A stretch of DNA of 64,000 bases. Origin: Actinomycetota bacterium. Its GTDB lineage: Bacteria > Actinomycetota > Thermoleophilia > Solirubrobacterales > 70-9. This document shows, one piece after another, positions 53,705-63,249 of the stretch (positions are counted from its first letter, which is position 1; each line of letters starts with the position of its first letter). Position numbers and translations under genes: made by a program. The DNA lies in NCBI GenBank assembly GCA_046733335.1, contig JBKPOX010000084.1:6911-70910 (forward strand). The letters are read 5' to 3'. The notes under the pieces are model-generated. The model saw only the letters and a list, made by a program, of their open reading frames with translations. It was not told where the DNA came from and did no database searches.

Positions 53705-54970
53705 TCACAGAGCGTTAATCGACCGACTTGAAGATTCCTCAATCCCCGAAATTTGGGCTTCATCTAGAAAAAATTCGTGATCTCGACGCTCGGGCTGCTC
53801 GCGGAGCCCCTCAGCCGACCAGAGAAAGCCGACGATCGCCCCTCCGACAACGACGAACAAGGCGATGTAGGCGAGGTTGTAGGTGGACACATCGTCGAGC
53901 TGCAGCGACCACTGGCGCAGCGCCAAGGCGACGGCCGCGCCGAGGAGGCCGCGCAGCGGCAGCGAGCGAGCGGAAAAGGCGTCCCAGCCGAGCAGCGCCA
54001 GCAGCAGCGGCTCGAGGTAGTAGATGTTGTCGACGGGGTCCAGGGCGCAGCGCAGCAGTGCCAGCAATGCCAGCAGCGCCATCGCGTCCCCCGCCCCCAG
54101 GTGCAGCCGGCCCCGCCTTCTGGCCAGCAGGAGGGGAAGGGCGAAGACGAGCAGGACGATCAGCGGGTGCGCCAGCGTCCCGACGAGCGCCGGCACCGTC
54201 TGGACGCGGGCGACGAGGATCTCCGGCTGTTCCGCCACCACCGCGGTCCTGGTCGAGGCCAGCGGGTACCAGACGCTCTCCGGGGTGACCGCGCCGCCGG
54301 TGTCGGCGGCGTTGCCGTGTACCTCCCCGAAGCTCTCGGGCGAGGCTACGAGCGGCGGCAGCATGAAGAGCGCGGCGATCGCGAGCGCGGCGGCGGCAAC
54401 CGGCAACCGCCTCCGAGGGAGCGCCATCACGGTCGGCAGGATCGCGATCACAGCCCATTGCTTCGACGCCAGCGCGAGCCCGAGCAGGACCGCGGCCCAG
54501 CCCCGCCTCTCGTCGGCCGCGGCAGCGACGGCGCCCACCGCCAGCGCGGCGGTCAGGATCTCCTCCGGGTGCCCGCCCTGGAGCGCGGCCAGGGTCAGCG
54601 GGTTGACGACGCAGAGCCCGCCGATCAGCCACTGCGCCGACGGCGAGGCGCCGCGACGCTGGGCGACGCGGGCGAGGTAGATGCCGAGCCCGCCGGCCGC
54701 GAGCACGCATGGGAATGCGGCGAGCTTGTAGGCGATCAGCTGCGAGCCCGCGCCGGCCGCCGCCGCGAACGGGGTCTGCACCAGCGTCGAGAAGATCCCC
54801 ATCATCGCTTTGGCCGAGAGGTAATCCCCTAGGTGGCCGTGGCCGAGCGCGTCGATCGCCGGCCAGGAATCCTGAGGCCAATCGCCCATCGAGGCGACTT
54901 GGGAGACCATGTAGGCGCTCGCGAGGACGATCCCCGCAAGCGGCAGCAACCGTCTGGCGAGCGCGGTCAT
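53705..54970 (-). CDS. polytopic membrane protein, DUF2029/GT87-like putative glycosyltransferase
   Basis: 421 aa from ATG 54970, which makes an ATGA overlap with the upstream stop. About 10 predicted TM helices, in the style of GT-C/DUF2029 family proteins. Family assignment is pattern-level only. Confidence 0.5.
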   Translation of the reverse strand: MTALARRLLPLAGIVLASAYMVSQVASMGDWPQDSWPAIDALGHGHLGDYLSAKAMMGIFSTLVQTPFAAAAGAGSQLIAYKLAAFPCVLAAGGLGIYLARVAQRRGASPSAQWLIGGLCVVNPLTLAALQGGHPEEILTAALAVGAVAAAADERRGWAAVLLGLALASKQWAVIAILPTVMALPRRRLPVAAAALAIAALFMLPPLVASPESFGEVHGNAADTGGAVTPESVWYPLASTRTAVVAEQPEILVARVQTVPALVGTLAHPLIVLLVFALPLLLARRRGRLHLGAGDAMALLALLALLRCALDPVDNIYYLEPLLLALLGWDAFSARSLPLRGLLGAAVALALRQWSLQLDDVSTYNLAYIALFVVVGGAIVGFLWSAEGLREQPERRDHEFFLDEAQISGIEESSSRSINAL

Positions 54971-56931
54971 GCTCCGGTATCGGCAGCCCGAGCCGGGCCT
55001 TTTAGCGGCAACCGGCCCACCCGCTGGGCGAAGAAGTCGAGCCGGATCGGCCGCCCCTCGGCACCGGCGATGCGGATCGTGATCGAGTCGGCGTCGGGGG
55101 CGAGCGCGAATGGCTCGGGATAGTCGGCCGCACCGGCAAGGCGCAGGATCAAGCCGTCCACCGCGGTCGCCGGCAACAGCCGCCACCGCCGCCCGCCGCC
55201 CAGGTGCACCGTCCTCGGCCGCGCCCTGTAGAGGCCGTTGCGAAGGGACTCCCACCCCGCGACCTCGACGCCGTGGATGCGGGCGAACACCATCTCGGTG
55301 GGGTGCGGAGGAGCGGGGACGGGGATCGCGACCCCCGTCGTCGCCCGCGCCGACCCGATCCGCCTCGGGGCCCCGCAGCGATCGCGGGCGCGCTCCAACA
55401 GCTGGTAGCGCCCGGTGGTGAGGATCGCGCGGTAGCGGCAGAGCATCTCCCGCATCGCGGCCGGAGACTCCCAACCTGGATAGCGGCCGTCGATCGACCC
55501 CGAGCCCAACCCCGGCTCCCCACCCCGGTACCGCAGGATCGAGGCCGGCCCGCCAGGTCCCTCAAGCGCGGCGGCATTCAGCTCGTCGAGGCCGGGCGTG
55601 TAGGCGCTGTAGGTCTGCGCCACCGGAAGCGGGCGCCAGTTCAGGTCGTAGGCCCAGGCGATCCCGATCTCCCAAGGGTCGATCTGCACGGGCCGCTGGC
55701 CGAGGGCGGCGAGGATCCGCGGATCGAGCCGGTAGGTGGCCCGCATCGACGCCCGCGCTTCGTCGACCAGTCGCTGCCGGTAGCTCGGATCAGACAGCGC
55801 CCTCGTGCCTTCGCGCAGTGCGTCCAGGTGGGGAGTCGCCTGGAGGGAGTGCCAAAGCGAGGAGCCCGGGGTCGCGAAGAGGGCCAGACCGGTCAGCGCC
55901 ACGACCAGGCCCTGGCCGAAGACCCGCCGCGATCCGACCGCGCTGCCGGCCACGGCCACTGCGGCTGCGGCGACCAGAACGAAGAATTCGGGGGTGTTCC
56001 CGTGGCCTTGGCGGACGAACCCCTGCTTGAAGGAGGCGAAGCAGAAGAAGGCGACGAGGGCGACCGATACGGCGCGCCCTCCCCGGCTCCCCCCGCTGCG
56101 GAGAACCGCAGTGGCGATGACCACCGCGGCGGTGCTGGCAATCGCGGCGGGCAGGGCCCACTCGGCGGTGAGGATGTCGGTCGCCATCGCGCTGGAGTAG
56201 CCGGAGACCACTTCCGCCTGCCGCGCGAAGAACGCCGGAAGGAGTCCGAGCTCCTGCCCTGCCGCCAGCCAGAGCAGCGGCAACCCGAGGCAGAACGCCG
56301 GCACGAACATCGCCAGGCTCCGCTTTCTCGCCGGCAGCCCTGCGAGCGCGATCAGCACCAGGCCGAGGACGTCCATCCCGTAATTGGATTTCCCAAGCAG
56401 CTCGAGCGCTGCGAGGAAGCCCCCTCCCACCGCGAGGACCGGCGCCGCGAACGCCGGCGGATCGTCGTCGAGGGCGGCGAAAGCCCAGAGGAAGACGAGG
56501 AGAGTGACGGCTGCCCCGAGGCGCCCGACGACCAGGAGGCAGTAGCAGGCCGCGACCGCGATCGGCAGGGGAAGCGCGCGTCGGGCCGTCCAGAGTAGGG
56601 CGACGGCGACGGCGACGTGGGTCAGCGCCTGGTAGGCGAAGGCGATCGCCCACAGCGCCTGGTCGACGAGGACCGGCACCTCGAGGAACCCGAGCGGGCC
56701 GTAGGTCCAGACGAAGTCGCGACCGAAATCCAGCCCCTCGGCGTGGGCCAGATGCAGACCGATGATCCAGGACGCATCCGGTCCGACCCCGGGCACGATG
56801 CCGTTGATCGGCCACGCGAGGGCGGCGAGGGCGAGCCCGAGGAAGGAGGTGGAGGTGAGGGTCCGGGCGAGCCGTCCGAACTCCGCGGTTCGCCTCCCAC
56901 CCAGCCCGATGTCCGTCGCGGCCGTCGCCAT
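54967..56931 (-). CDS. large polytopic membrane protein with ~250-aa C-terminal soluble domain (GT-C-like?)
   Basis: 654 aa. About 350 aa of TM helices, then a soluble domain (PWEIGIAWAYDLNWRPLPVAQTYSAYTPGLD...). The architecture resembles membrane glycosyl/arabinosyl-transferases. No specific motif recognised. Confidence 0.5.
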   Translation of the reverse strand: MATAATDIGLGGRRTAEFGRLARTLTSTSFLGLALAALAWPINGIVPGVGPDASWIIGLHLAHAEGLDFGRDFVWTYGPLGFLEVPVLVDQALWAIAFAYQALTHVAVAVALLWTARRALPLPIAVAACYCLLVVGRLGAAVTLLVFLWAFAALDDDPPAFAAPVLAVGGGFLAALELLGKSNYGMDVLGLVLIALAGLPARKRSLAMFVPAFCLGLPLLWLAAGQELGLLPAFFARQAEVVSGYSSAMATDILTAEWALPAAIASTAAVVIATAVLRSGGSRGGRAVSVALVAFFCFASFKQGFVRQGHGNTPEFFVLVAAAAVAVAGSAVGSRRVFGQGLVVALTGLALFATPGSSLWHSLQATPHLDALREGTRALSDPSYRQRLVDEARASMRATYRLDPRILAALGQRPVQIDPWEIGIAWAYDLNWRPLPVAQTYSAYTPGLDELNAAALEGPGGPASILRYRGGEPGLGSGSIDGRYPGWESPAAMREMLCRYRAILTTGRYQLLERARDRCGAPRRIGSARATTGVAIPVPAPPHPTEMVFARIHGVEVAGWESLRNGLYRARPRTVHLGGGRRWRLLPATAVDGLILRLAGAADYPEPFALAPDADSITIRIAGAEGRPIRLDFFAQRVGRLPLKGPARAADTGA

Positions 56932-56944
56932 CGGCGGCTTGAGG

Positions 56945-58183
56945 TCAGCGGATCTTGTCGTAGAGGCTGAAGATCGGCAGGTACATCGCGATCACGATGA
57001 AGCCGACGACGCCGCCGACGAAGACGATCATCAGGGGCTCGATCAGCGAGGTCAGCGCTTTCACCTTGGCATCGACCTCGGCCTCGTAGAAGTCGGCGAC
57101 TTTGGCGAGCATGTGCTCGAGCTGACCGGTTTCCTCGCCGACCGCGACCATGTGGCCGACCATCGGCGGAAAGATCGGGTTGGTCTCGATCGGCGCGGCC
57201 AGGGAGCCGCCTCGCTTGGCCGAGGCGTACACGTCTTCCATCGCCTGTTCGATGACGACGTTGCCGGCGGTTTCGCCGGTCAGTTTGATCGCCTGCAGCA
57301 TGGGCACGCCGGCTGCGACCGAGCCCGAGAAGGTGCGCGACCAGCGGGCCAGCGCCACTTTCTGGATCACGTCGCCGATTTTCGCCGGCAGCTTGAGGAC
57401 GAAGCGGTCCCAGACTTCTTTTCCCTTTTCCGTCCGCTTCCAGCGGAAGAAGAGGACGAAGGAGGCGATCAGGCCCGGGATCAGGATGAACCAATACCCC
57501 GTCAGGGCGTCGGAGGCGGTGACGCAGACTTGCGTCGGCAGCGGCAGCGAGGTCTCTTCGCTCGGGTTTTCTTCGCCGATCTGTTCGAAGATGCCGACGA
57601 AGACGGGGATCACGAAGGCGACGATCGCGACCAGCACGACCATCGCGAAGCCGAAGATCAGCGCCGGGTACATCAGCGCCGATTTGACCTGGCGGCGCAG
57701 GCTGTCGGATTTCTCCACCTGGTCGGCGATGCGGGCCATCGCGTCCTCGAGCCGCCCAGACTGCTCGCCGGAGCGGACCATCGCCCGGTAGAGGCGGTCG
57801 AAGACTTCGGGGTGCCGCTCCATCGCCTGCTCGAGCGTGCTGCCGGCCTCGACGTCGGAGCGCAGTCCCGAGATCGCCTCCTTGATCCGCTCGTCCTGCG
57901 TCTGCTCTTCGAGGGTGTGGAGCGTCCGCAGCATCGGCATCCCGGAGGCGACGAGCGTCGCGAACTGGCGGGAGAAGATCGACAGCTCGCGCATGTCGAT
58001 CCCCTTCCAGGTCCGCCAGAGCTGCTCGAGCTTGAACGGTTCGTTCTTTTCGCTGACGTCGAGGACGATCAGGCCGCGCTGGCGCAGCTGCTCTGAGACC
58101 TGGGCCTTCGACTCGGCCTCGATTTCGCCGGACGTGGCGGCGCCCGCGAGGTCCATCGCCCTGAACGCGAAGGTGGTCGCCAT
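56945..58183 (-). CDS. pilC: type IV pilus platform protein PilC (GspF family)
   Basis: 412 aa with two GspF repeats (FSRQFATLVASGMPMLRTL ... WSRTFSGSVAAGVPMLQAI) and three TM regions. Confidence 0.95.
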   Translation of the reverse strand: MATTFAFRAMDLAGAATSGEIEAESKAQVSEQLRQRGLIVLDVSEKNEPFKLEQLWRTWKGIDMRELSIFSRQFATLVASGMPMLRTLHTLEEQTQDERIKEAISGLRSDVEAGSTLEQAMERHPEVFDRLYRAMVRSGEQSGRLEDAMARIADQVEKSDSLRRQVKSALMYPALIFGFAMVVLVAIVAFVIPVFVGIFEQIGEENPSEETSLPLPTQVCVTASDALTGYWFILIPGLIASFVLFFRWKRTEKGKEVWDRFVLKLPAKIGDVIQKVALARWSRTFSGSVAAGVPMLQAIKLTGETAGNVVIEQAMEDVYASAKRGGSLAAPIETNPIFPPMVGHMVAVGEETGQLEHMLAKVADFYEAEVDAKVKALTSLIEPLMIVFVGGVVGFIVIAMYLPIFSLYDKIR

Positions 58184-58186
58184 GGC

Positions 58187-59287
58187 TCAGCCCACCTGTG
58201 CGTACTGCGGCGACTGCGCGCCGCCGAGCAGGCGTTTGAGCTCCTCCGGAACCGAGGCGCGCTGCTCGGCAAGCGCCCGGGTGATTTTTCCCTGGCGCAC
58301 GAGCCGCGTTAGGTCCGCATCCATCGTCTGCATTCCGACTGCGGCGGAGGTCTGCACCGCGGCGTAGATCTGGTGGGTCTTGCCCTCGCGGATCAGGTTG
58401 CGGATCGCCGGCGTCGGGACCAGCACCTCGGAGGCGACGACGCGGCCGGAGCCGTCGGCGGTCGGCAGCAGCTGCTGGGTGACGATCCCCTGCAGCGCGA
58501 TCGAGAGCTGGGTCCGGACCTGCCCCTGCTGCTGCGGTGGGAAGACGTCGATGATGCGGTCGACGGTCTGGGAGGTCGACTGCGTGTGGAGGGTGGCGAA
58601 GACGAGGTGGCCGGTCTCGGCCGCGGTGAGCGCGGTGGAGATCGTCTCCAGGTCCCGCATCTCGCCGACCAGGATCACGTCCGGGTCCTCGCGCAGCGCC
58701 GCGCGCAGCCCGAGGGCGAAGTTCTCGGCGTCGGAGCCCACCTCGCGCTGGTTGACGATCGAGCGTTTGTGCGGGTGCAGGAACTCGATCGGGTCCTCGA
58801 TCGTGAGGATGTGGTCCTGGCGCTCGACGTTGATCAGGTCGAGCATCGCCGCCAGGGTCGTGCTCTTGCCGGAGCCGGTCGGGCCGGTGACGAGGACGAA
58901 GCCGCGCGGTTTCTGGGTCAGGTCGCGGAGGACCGGGGGCACTGACAGGGACTCGAGGCTGGGAATGTCGTGCGGCACGAGGCGGAAGGCCGCGCTCACC
59001 GCCCCCCGCTGGAAGAAGCAGTTGACGCGGAAGCGGGCGACGCCCGGGATCGCGTAGGCGAAGTCGAGCTGTTTGTGGTTCTCGAACTTTTTCCGCTGGT
59101 CGTCGTTGAGGATGCTGTAGACGACCTCGCGGGTCTCCTGGCCGGAGAGCACCGGGAACCCCTCCATCGGGCAGATCTTTCCCTTGTCCCGCATCGCCGG
59201 GGGGAAGCCGGGCGTGAGGTGCACGTCGGAGGCGCGGCTCTCGACCATGCGGCTGAGAACCTCTGCGAAATCGAAGTCCATGGCCAC
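58187..59287 (-). CDS. pilT: twitching-motility retraction ATPase PilT
   Basis: ASDVHLTPG, LVTGPTGSGKSTTLAAM (Walker A), TIEDPIEF, ILVGEMRD, GHLVFATLHT. Size is 366 aa. Confidence 0.95.
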   Translation of the reverse strand: MAMDFDFAEVLSRMVESRASDVHLTPGFPPAMRDKGKICPMEGFPVLSGQETREVVYSILNDDQRKKFENHKQLDFAYAIPGVARFRVNCFFQRGAVSAAFRLVPHDIPSLESLSVPPVLRDLTQKPRGFVLVTGPTGSGKSTTLAAMLDLINVERQDHILTIEDPIEFLHPHKRSIVNQREVGSDAENFALGLRAALREDPDVILVGEMRDLETISTALTAAETGHLVFATLHTQSTSQTVDRIIDVFPPQQQGQVRTQLSIALQGIVTQQLLPTADGSGRVVASEVLVPTPAIRNLIREGKTHQIYAAVQTSAAVGMQTMDADLTRLVRQGKITRALAEQRASVPEELKRLLGGAQSPQYAQVG

Positions 59288-59341
59288 TAGATCGGCCGCT
59301 CCGCCGGATTCCTGGATACCTGAATAGGGGGAACCGCGAGA

Positions 59342-61129
59342 TCAGGCGGTGACACGGAGCACCTCCTCGAGGCTGGTGAGGCCGGCGCGGACTTTGGCGA
59401 TGCCGTCCTCGCGCAGCGTGCACATCCCCTCGTGTCGCGCCACCGAGGCGATTTCTGCCTCGGGTGCCTGCGCCACCGTCATTTCCTTAACCGCTTCGGT
59501 CAGGCGCATCACCGAGTAGAGGCCGACGCGGCTTTTGTAGCCGCTCTGCCCGCAGCGGCCGCAGCCGACCGGCTCGTAGCCCTCGAGCTCGGTGGTGGCT
59601 TTGATCCCGGCCGCTGCCAGCGCCTGCACCGGGATCACCATGCGCCGCTTGCAGTGAGGGCAGAGCTGGCGCGCGAGCCGCTGCGCGACCACGCAGTCGA
59701 CCGCCGAGGAGATCAGGAACGGCTCGATGCCCATCTTCGAGAGGCGGCTGATCGCGCCGGGGGCGTCGTTGGTGTGAAGGGTGGAGAGCATCATGTGCCC
59801 GGTCAACGCGGCCTCGATCGCGATCCGGGCGGTCTCGCCGTCGCGGATCTCGCCGACCATCACGATGTCGGGGTCGGCGCGGAGGATCGAGCGCAGGCCG
59901 GTGGCGAAGTCGAGCCCTGCTTTGCGGTTGACGTTGATCTGGTTGATTCCGTCGAGCTGGTACTCGACCGGGTCCTCGATCGTGATGATCTTCTTCTCGA
60001 CCTGGTTCAGCGCCTGCAGCGCCGCGTAGAGGGTCGTGCTCTTTCCCGAGCCGGTCGGCCCGGTGACCAGGACCGCCCCGTAGGCCTGGCGGAAGGCGTG
60101 TTCGAAAGTCTCGCGGCCGCTGCCGTCCATCCCCAGTTCGTCCAGCGAGCGCTGGGCGTTGTCTTTGTCGAGGATGCGGATCGTCGCCCCCTCGCCGTGC
60201 TGGGTCGGCAGGGTGGTGATACGCAGGTCGACCCGACGGTCCTCGACGGTGACGCTGACGCGACCGTCCTGCGGGACCCGCTTCTCGGCGATGTTGAGGT
60301 CGCTCATGATCTTCACCCGGGAGATCACCGCGCTGACCATCCGCCGCGGCACGTGGGCGGCCTCGCGCAGCACCCCGTCGACGCGGAAGCGGACGCGCAT
60401 CTCGCCTTCCTCGGGCTCGAAGTGGACGTCGGAGGCCCCCTCCCCGACCGCCTGCCCGAGGATGCTGTAGACGAGCTTGATGACGGGCGCGTCTTCGGCG
60501 CTGACCTGGATGTCGCTGACGTCGGCAAGCGGGTCGTCCTCGTCCTCCTCCACGACGGCGTCGGTGACCGCGCTCTGCAGGGTGTTGAGGCGCCCGATCA
60601 GCGCCTCGATGTCTTCGTCGGCGGCGACCGCGACCCGGCAGTCGAGGTTGGTCGCGATCTGGATGTCGTCGACGGCGAGGACGTTGGTCGGGTCGGCCAT
60701 CGCCACCAACAGCGTCTGCTTGTCGACGAAGCCGACCGGAAGCGCTTTGTAGCGGCGGGCGGTGGCGACCGTGATCAGGTTGGCGGCCGCCATGTCGACC
60801 TTGTAGGAGGTGAGGTCGATGTGGTCGAGCCCGTAGCGCTCGGCGGTCGCCCGCGACAGCTGGTCGCTGGTCAGCGCCCCCTGCTCGAGCAGCAGCTGCT
60901 CCGGCGGCTTGCCCGCCACCCGCGCCTGCTCGACCGCTTGGCGGACTCGCTCGGCCTCGACGTAGCCGAGGTCGACGAGGACGTCGGTGACGAAGCCGTT
61001 CGAGCGCCCGCGGGAGCGCGGCGGGGTCAGGCCGGGGGTTCCGTGCTCGGTGGAGTCGAGCTGTGGCGCGGTGGAGTCGCCGGATTCCGGAACGGGTCGC
61101 AGGTGGGGCGGGAAGTCCGAGGAACCCAT
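59342..61129 (-). CDS. pilB: type IV pilus assembly ATPase PilB (GspE family)
   Basis: N-terminal GSPII_E_N-like domain, VTGPTGSGKSTTLYA, TIEDPVEY, IMVGEIRD, and a tetracysteine motif CPHC...CGRC. Confidence 0.95.
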   Translation of the reverse strand: MGSSDFPPHLRPVPESGDSTAPQLDSTEHGTPGLTPPRSRGRSNGFVTDVLVDLGYVEAERVRQAVEQARVAGKPPEQLLLEQGALTSDQLSRATAERYGLDHIDLTSYKVDMAAANLITVATARRYKALPVGFVDKQTLLVAMADPTNVLAVDDIQIATNLDCRVAVAADEDIEALIGRLNTLQSAVTDAVVEEDEDDPLADVSDIQVSAEDAPVIKLVYSILGQAVGEGASDVHFEPEEGEMRVRFRVDGVLREAAHVPRRMVSAVISRVKIMSDLNIAEKRVPQDGRVSVTVEDRRVDLRITTLPTQHGEGATIRILDKDNAQRSLDELGMDGSGRETFEHAFRQAYGAVLVTGPTGSGKSTTLYAALQALNQVEKKIITIEDPVEYQLDGINQINVNRKAGLDFATGLRSILRADPDIVMVGEIRDGETARIAIEAALTGHMMLSTLHTNDAPGAISRLSKMGIEPFLISSAVDCVVAQRLARQLCPHCKRRMVIPVQALAAAGIKATTELEGYEPVGCGRCGQSGYKSRVGLYSVMRLTEAVKEMTVAQAPEAEIASVARHEGMCTLREDGIAKVRAGLTSLEEVLRVTA

Positions 61130-61131
61130 GC

Positions 61132-61725
61132 CTAGGGGTGGTAGTCGAGCGTCCGACCGTGGTAGCGCGCGTCGATCACCGCCTGGCGGACCGTCTCCGG
61201 GCTCTGGTAGCCGTAGCTGACCGAGGCGGAGGGGATGCCGCCGCTGAGGTTCTTCGGGCGGACGACGACCAGCGCCGGCACCTGGCTCACTTCCACGCCC
61301 TGGGTGATCGCGGTGTACCGGGCGATCTGATCGACGGGGACGACGAACATGGAGACGCCCTCCAGGTCGGAGGCTCCGGCCAGGGCGGAGGCGGTCGTGA
61401 TCGCGTCGTCGACGGCGCCCCGCTTGACGAGCATCAGGACGACGGTGCGGTTGGCGTCGAAGGCAGCCGTGACCCGCGGCGGCAACGGACGGGCCGGGAC
61501 CTTCGGCGTCCCCCCGGGCGGCACGGCCGACGCTCCCGCGGTGGGCGCGAGGCCGGGTTCAACGACGGCGGGTTCTTCGACTGCGGTCGCCGGCGCTTCC
61601 TCTTCGGCTTCGCCGCCGCCCATCGAGGACATGAGGAAGAACCCGACGGCAACGAGCAGAGCCGCGACGAGGCCGATCTGGGCGATCGGATTGCTGTTGA
61701 TTGCATCCCTCATACGTCCACCCAT
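61132..61725 (-). CDS. membrane-anchored hypothetical protein (thioredoxin-like fold without CxxC?)
   Basis: TM helix (IAQIGLVAALLVAVGFFLM), a Pro/Ala/Glu linker, and a ~100-aa domain (VVLMLVKRGAVDD...VPALVVV). Its stop is 2 nt before the pilB ATG. Confidence 0.45.
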   Translation of the reverse strand: MGGRMRDAINSNPIAQIGLVAALLVAVGFFLMSSMGGGEAEEEAPATAVEEPAVVEPGLAPTAGASAVPPGGTPKVPARPLPPRVTAAFDANRTVVLMLVKRGAVDDAITTASALAGASDLEGVSMFVVPVDQIARYTAITQGVEVSQVPALVVVRPKNLSGGIPSASVSYGYQSPETVRQAVIDARYHGRTLDYHP

Positions 61726-61781
61726 CTAGCTCGGCAGGGGCGAGCCGGACCTTGAGGTTTGGGGCGCGGCGGCCCGCCGCG

Positions 61782-63197
61782 TCAGCAGCCGGCGTTGGGC
61801 GGCGAGGGCGCCGCGTTCATGCACTCGAGATAGGACTGGCGCGAGTAGATGGTCGCTCCCCCGATTTCCGGGGGTTTGTACCCGTTGGGCTGGGTGATCG
61901 TCGCGTTGCCGGGAATTTCGACTTTCTTCCCCGCGATCACCCCGATGTAGGTGGCGTTGCCGTTGATTTTGAAGCTCGTGTTCGGCCCGTACATAACGAA
62001 CTCGTTTTCGTCCTTGACGTTGCCGTTGAGATCGACCGTGGTGGGGATCGCGGTCGACCCGGTCAGGTAGAAGCCGGGCATTTCGTAGATCTGCCGATCT
62101 TTGTCGTAACCGGTGGCGGTGATCGTGCTGCCGCCGTTCAGTTTGATCTGCGGGTCGCCGGAGTTGAGCCCACAGTTCTCGGGCGTGTCGAAGAAGATCC
62201 TCACCGGTGCTTTTTCGCCCATGATGAACTGGCCGCCGTTGAGGTCGAGCTTGCAGATCCAGTAGTCGCCTCCGGTCAGGGTCAGCGTCGACTTCGACGA
62301 GCTCAGCGAGATCGTCCTCGTACTGGGACCGCTATAGGGGACCGTGGCGGTGCGGTTCGCCCCGGAGAAGCTGTCTTCTTCGCATTCGGGTGGAGAGCGT
62401 TCGGTCGCCGTTTTTTTCACGCAGGCCAGGAGCCGGTTGTTGGAGTTGTGCGTCGCGATGTCGGCTGGCATGAAGCTGCTCACCTCCGGCAGGGTGACGT
62501 TCGCTTCGAGCTCGCCGTAGCCTTTGCACTGGGTGGCGCTGCCGCCGGGGAACCAGTCTTTGCCGATCCCGTGTCGGATGTTGCCGCAGAGTTCGGCGTT
62601 GCCGCTGGTGTAGACGTTGCCGTTGGTGCCGATCCCGACGTGGATCTCCGCGCTGCCGGTGATGTTCATGTCTTCGATCCCGATCAGGCCCTCTTTTTCG
62701 AAGATGCTGCCCGGGTTGCTCGGGGTGAAGGTGACCGCCACCTTGCGGCTGACCCCGGCAGCGGTGCCGGTGGAGACCACGCTCATCGCGCTCCCGGCGG
62801 GCGTGACGCGGTAGCTGTAGGTGCCCTCGCCGACCGTCCCCGTCACGGGAGGGCACCAGCCGTCTTCCCATTTCGTCGTCAGGATCAGGGTCCCGTTGGT
62901 GACCCCGAGGCAGGGGGTCGTCAGCGTGAACGCGCTGGCGTAGCGGTTGAGGCGCAGCAGGGCGATGTTGGCGCCGGCGTCGGCGGCGGCGATCGCCTGC
63001 TTGGAATCGCTGTCCCGGGCGGTGCCGTGCTGGCTGTCGACGGAGGCCATCACCGCCGCGCTGGCGAGGCCGAAGGCGACGATCATCGTGAAGAGGGCGG
63101 TCGGGAGCGCCATTCCGCGCTCGCCGCGGCGCAACTCGCGCGCGCGCAGGAGGATGCGGTCGATCGCTGCCATCAGGGTTTGATCGGCGGCCGGCAA
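61782..63197 (-). CDS. PilX-N-terminal-domain pilus protein with large Gly/Asn/Thr-rich C-terminal domain
   Basis: RGERGMALPTALFTMIVAFGLASAAVMAS...SKQAIAAADAGANIALLRLN matches the PilX N-terminal pattern. The rest is rich in G/N/T beta-strand-like repeats (ITGSAEIHVGIGTNGNVYTSGNAELCGNI). GC is visibly lower than in the neighbours. Confidence 0.6.
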   Translation of the reverse strand: MPAADQTLMAAIDRILLRARELRRGERGMALPTALFTMIVAFGLASAAVMASVDSQHGTARDSDSKQAIAAADAGANIALLRLNRYASAFTLTTPCLGVTNGTLILTTKWEDGWCPPVTGTVGEGTYSYRVTPAGSAMSVVSTGTAAGVSRKVAVTFTPSNPGSIFEKEGLIGIEDMNITGSAEIHVGIGTNGNVYTSGNAELCGNIRHGIGKDWFPGGSATQCKGYGELEANVTLPEVSSFMPADIATHNSNNRLLACVKKTATERSPPECEEDSFSGANRTATVPYSGPSTRTISLSSSKSTLTLTGGDYWICKLDLNGGQFIMGEKAPVRIFFDTPENCGLNSGDPQIKLNGGSTITATGYDKDRQIYEMPGFYLTGSTAIPTTVDLNGNVKDENEFVMYGPNTSFKINGNATYIGVIAGKKVEIPGNATITQPNGYKPPEIGGATIYSRQSYLECMNAAPSPPNAGC

Positions 63198-63249
63198 GCC
63201 GGCCTTTAACCGCGGGCCCGGCCGGCTGCGCCCGAGCTGGACGCTCGTC

